From a virus, in IMG/VR virus record IMGVR_UViG_3300021475_000001, positions 32,001-96,000 of that record: 64,000 bases of DNA; one strand, 5' to 3'. A model generated the notes under the pieces. That model saw nothing but the letters and a program-made list of their open reading frames with translations. It was not told the DNA's origin and searched no databases. A program made the translations under genes and the position numbers. Positions 62,459 to 64,000 of this stretch are shown here, piece by piece. The first letter of the stretch is position 1; each line of letters starts with the position of its first letter.

Positions 62459-63436
62459 ATGGCGTCATTTATGGACACGATCTTACGCCGAGCCAGAAAA
62501 GCCACCTCGGACGCCGATCTTGAACAACTCAAGGACGAGATGGAAGGCAAGGTTCCACCCGATCTGATGAACGAGAATGGTGACGATATGAACGGCGATG
62601 GCGATGATGACAAAGGCATTCACATGCACGTTCACCTGCCAAACGGCAATGGTAACGGCAATGGTGACAACGGTGATGGCAAAGATGGTGATCTGACACT
62701 CAAGCATGAAGGTGATGACCCCGATGGTGGTGATATGAACGGCGGGGGTGGTGGCGATCTGGAAGCGCGCGTCCAGGCTCTTGAAGAGCAACTGGCACAG
62801 TTGATGGACGGCGGCGAGGATGAAGTCGAACTGCAAAATCCTGGTGATGCGCAGGACGCCAAGCGTTACATCATGCGGCGTGGCAAGATGCTCAAGGCGC
62901 ACGATGACGAAACCATCCCGGTGCCCGAGCGCGAGCCGGAAATCATTGGTGAAACCGATCTGCCAGGTATCGAAGACCTGGACGCGCGTATGTCAACTGG
63001 TGACTCTATGCGCCAAGAGGTGTTGTGGCAGGACACTATGGCCAAGGGCGAAATCATCGTACCTGGCATTCGTATTCCCACCTTTGACAGCAAGGTGAAG
63101 ATGGGTGTCACGGCGCAGCGTCTGTGTTCGTTTCGTCGTATGACATTGGACACGGCACTCAATCACGAAGCGTCACGCACCATCATGGCCGATCTGGTAG
63201 GGCTAAAGACCCGTGACCAATTGCGCAAGTTGACCTGCGACACACTGAAGATGGCGTTTGAAGCAACTGCCAATGCCATGGGTGCAGAGCGCAACAACAA
63301 CTTTGTGCGCTCCGCAGTTGGTGACACTTCACATGTCAACCAGCCAGCAAAACCATTGGGTGCGCTGACCATCAGTGAAATTCAGCGTCGCAATCGTGAG
63401 GCATGGGCCACCGGCGAGTTCAGAAAGCCTAACTAA
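62459..63436 (+). CDS. probable scaffolding protein
   Basis: Acidic and coiled; EIIVPGI..PTFD as in C-terminal halves of DUF2213 proteins; sits between protease and capsid genes. Confidence 0.6.
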   Translation: MASFMDTILRRARKATSDADLEQLKDEMEGKVPPDLMNENGDDMNGDGDDDKGIHMHVHLPNGNGNGNGDNGDGKDGDLTLKHEGDDPDGGDMNGGGGGDLEARVQALEEQLAQLMDGGEDEVELQNPGDAQDAKRYIMRRGKMLKAHDDETIPVPEREPEIIGETDLPGIEDLDARMSTGDSMRQEVLWQDTMAKGEIIVPGIRIPTFDSKVKMGVTAQRLCSFRRMTLDTALNHEASRTIMADLVGLKTRDQLRKLTCDTLKMAFEATANAMGAERNNNFVRSAVGDTSHVNQPAKPLGALTISEIQRRNREAWATGEFRKPN

Positions 63437-63464
63437 GCTTCTCTCGCTAAAAGGAGTTGCTGCA

Positions 63465-63983
63465 ATGGTCGCTTTTACTTTTCGCATGAATGCCGGCATC
63501 CCCGGTGAACTCAGCCGTTTTCAGACACTTGGTACCACTGTCACTCCCGAGACGCAAAACTCCGCCACGCCAGTGACGGAATATGGTGTGCCGGTGATCG
63601 TCAACAACAATGGTACACGTCCGGTGACGGCAACCGATGTCACGGCCGATGCTGAAGCTGGGTTTCTGGTGAGGCCATATCCTGGGGGTGACAGAACCGT
63701 TGCATTCCCACAAGGTACCATTCCGTTTGGCTCGGGCACACCACCAAATATCGGTCTGGTCGATATGATGCGACGCGGCTTTATGACCGTGCGACTTGGT
63801 GGCAGTGTTGCACCACAAAAGAATGGCCCTGTCTGGGTGTGGACCGCAGCGACTGCTGCACCGCATGTGCAGGGACATGTGGAAGCGGCTGACCCAACCA
63901 CCAGCGGCTTTAAGATAAACAAGGCATTCTTTCGTGGGCCAGCCGACGCGGCCGGCAACACCGAAATTGGCTACAACGTTTAG
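63465..63983 (+). CDS. capsid decoration/cement protein
   Basis: AF.FRM.AGIPG..SR, GFLVRPYP, MRRGFMTV, EIGYNV; position typical just upstream of a major capsid gene. Confidence 0.65.
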   Translation: MVAFTFRMNAGIPGELSRFQTLGTTVTPETQNSATPVTEYGVPVIVNNNGTRPVTATDVTADAEAGFLVRPYPGGDRTVAFPQGTIPFGSGTPPNIGLVDMMRRGFMTVRLGGSVAPQKNGPVWVWTAATAAPHVQGHVEAADPTTSGFKINKAFFRGPADAAGNTEIGYNV

Positions 63984-64000
63984 TCACTGATTGCACTCGT

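Overview
A 64-kb piece of a large tailed dsDNA phage genome (~50% GC). The host is probably a proteobacterium (inference from the PEP-CTERM genes). 1-32 kb is mostly minus-strand replication, nucleotide metabolism and early genes: clamp-like protein, primase, ligase-like protein, SF2 and DnaB helicases, class II RNR, MTase, ParB-like proteins and tRNA-His. 32-52 kb is accessory. 52-64 kb is packaging and head morphogenesis: terS, terL, portal, MuF, DUF2213 protease and scaffold. Main finding: a TIGR-Tas-like RNA-guided system. One nuclease-less Nop/IS110-C-terminal protein (TasA-like, 12098-13075) is accompanied by at least nine 36-nt-period dual-repeat arrays (GAGAGTACCA-N8-GAGTGAACCA-N8, about 45-50 units counted by eye). 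The arrays are scattered across the window, on both strands, fused to start and stop codons of neighbouring genes, and one fills the terS-terL gap. Second finding: an HxHxH...D / HPR..G.F peptide tag is shared by portal, protease, scaffold and putative cargo enzymes (topoisomerase IB; a NUDIX-kinase-ART polyprotein), suggesting a capsid-loading signal. Also seen: two phage PEP-CTERM proteins, several structured ncRNA candidates, a GTCANTGAC operator in early promoters and apparent GTSAC over-representation. All calls come from motif reading by eye; no searches were run.
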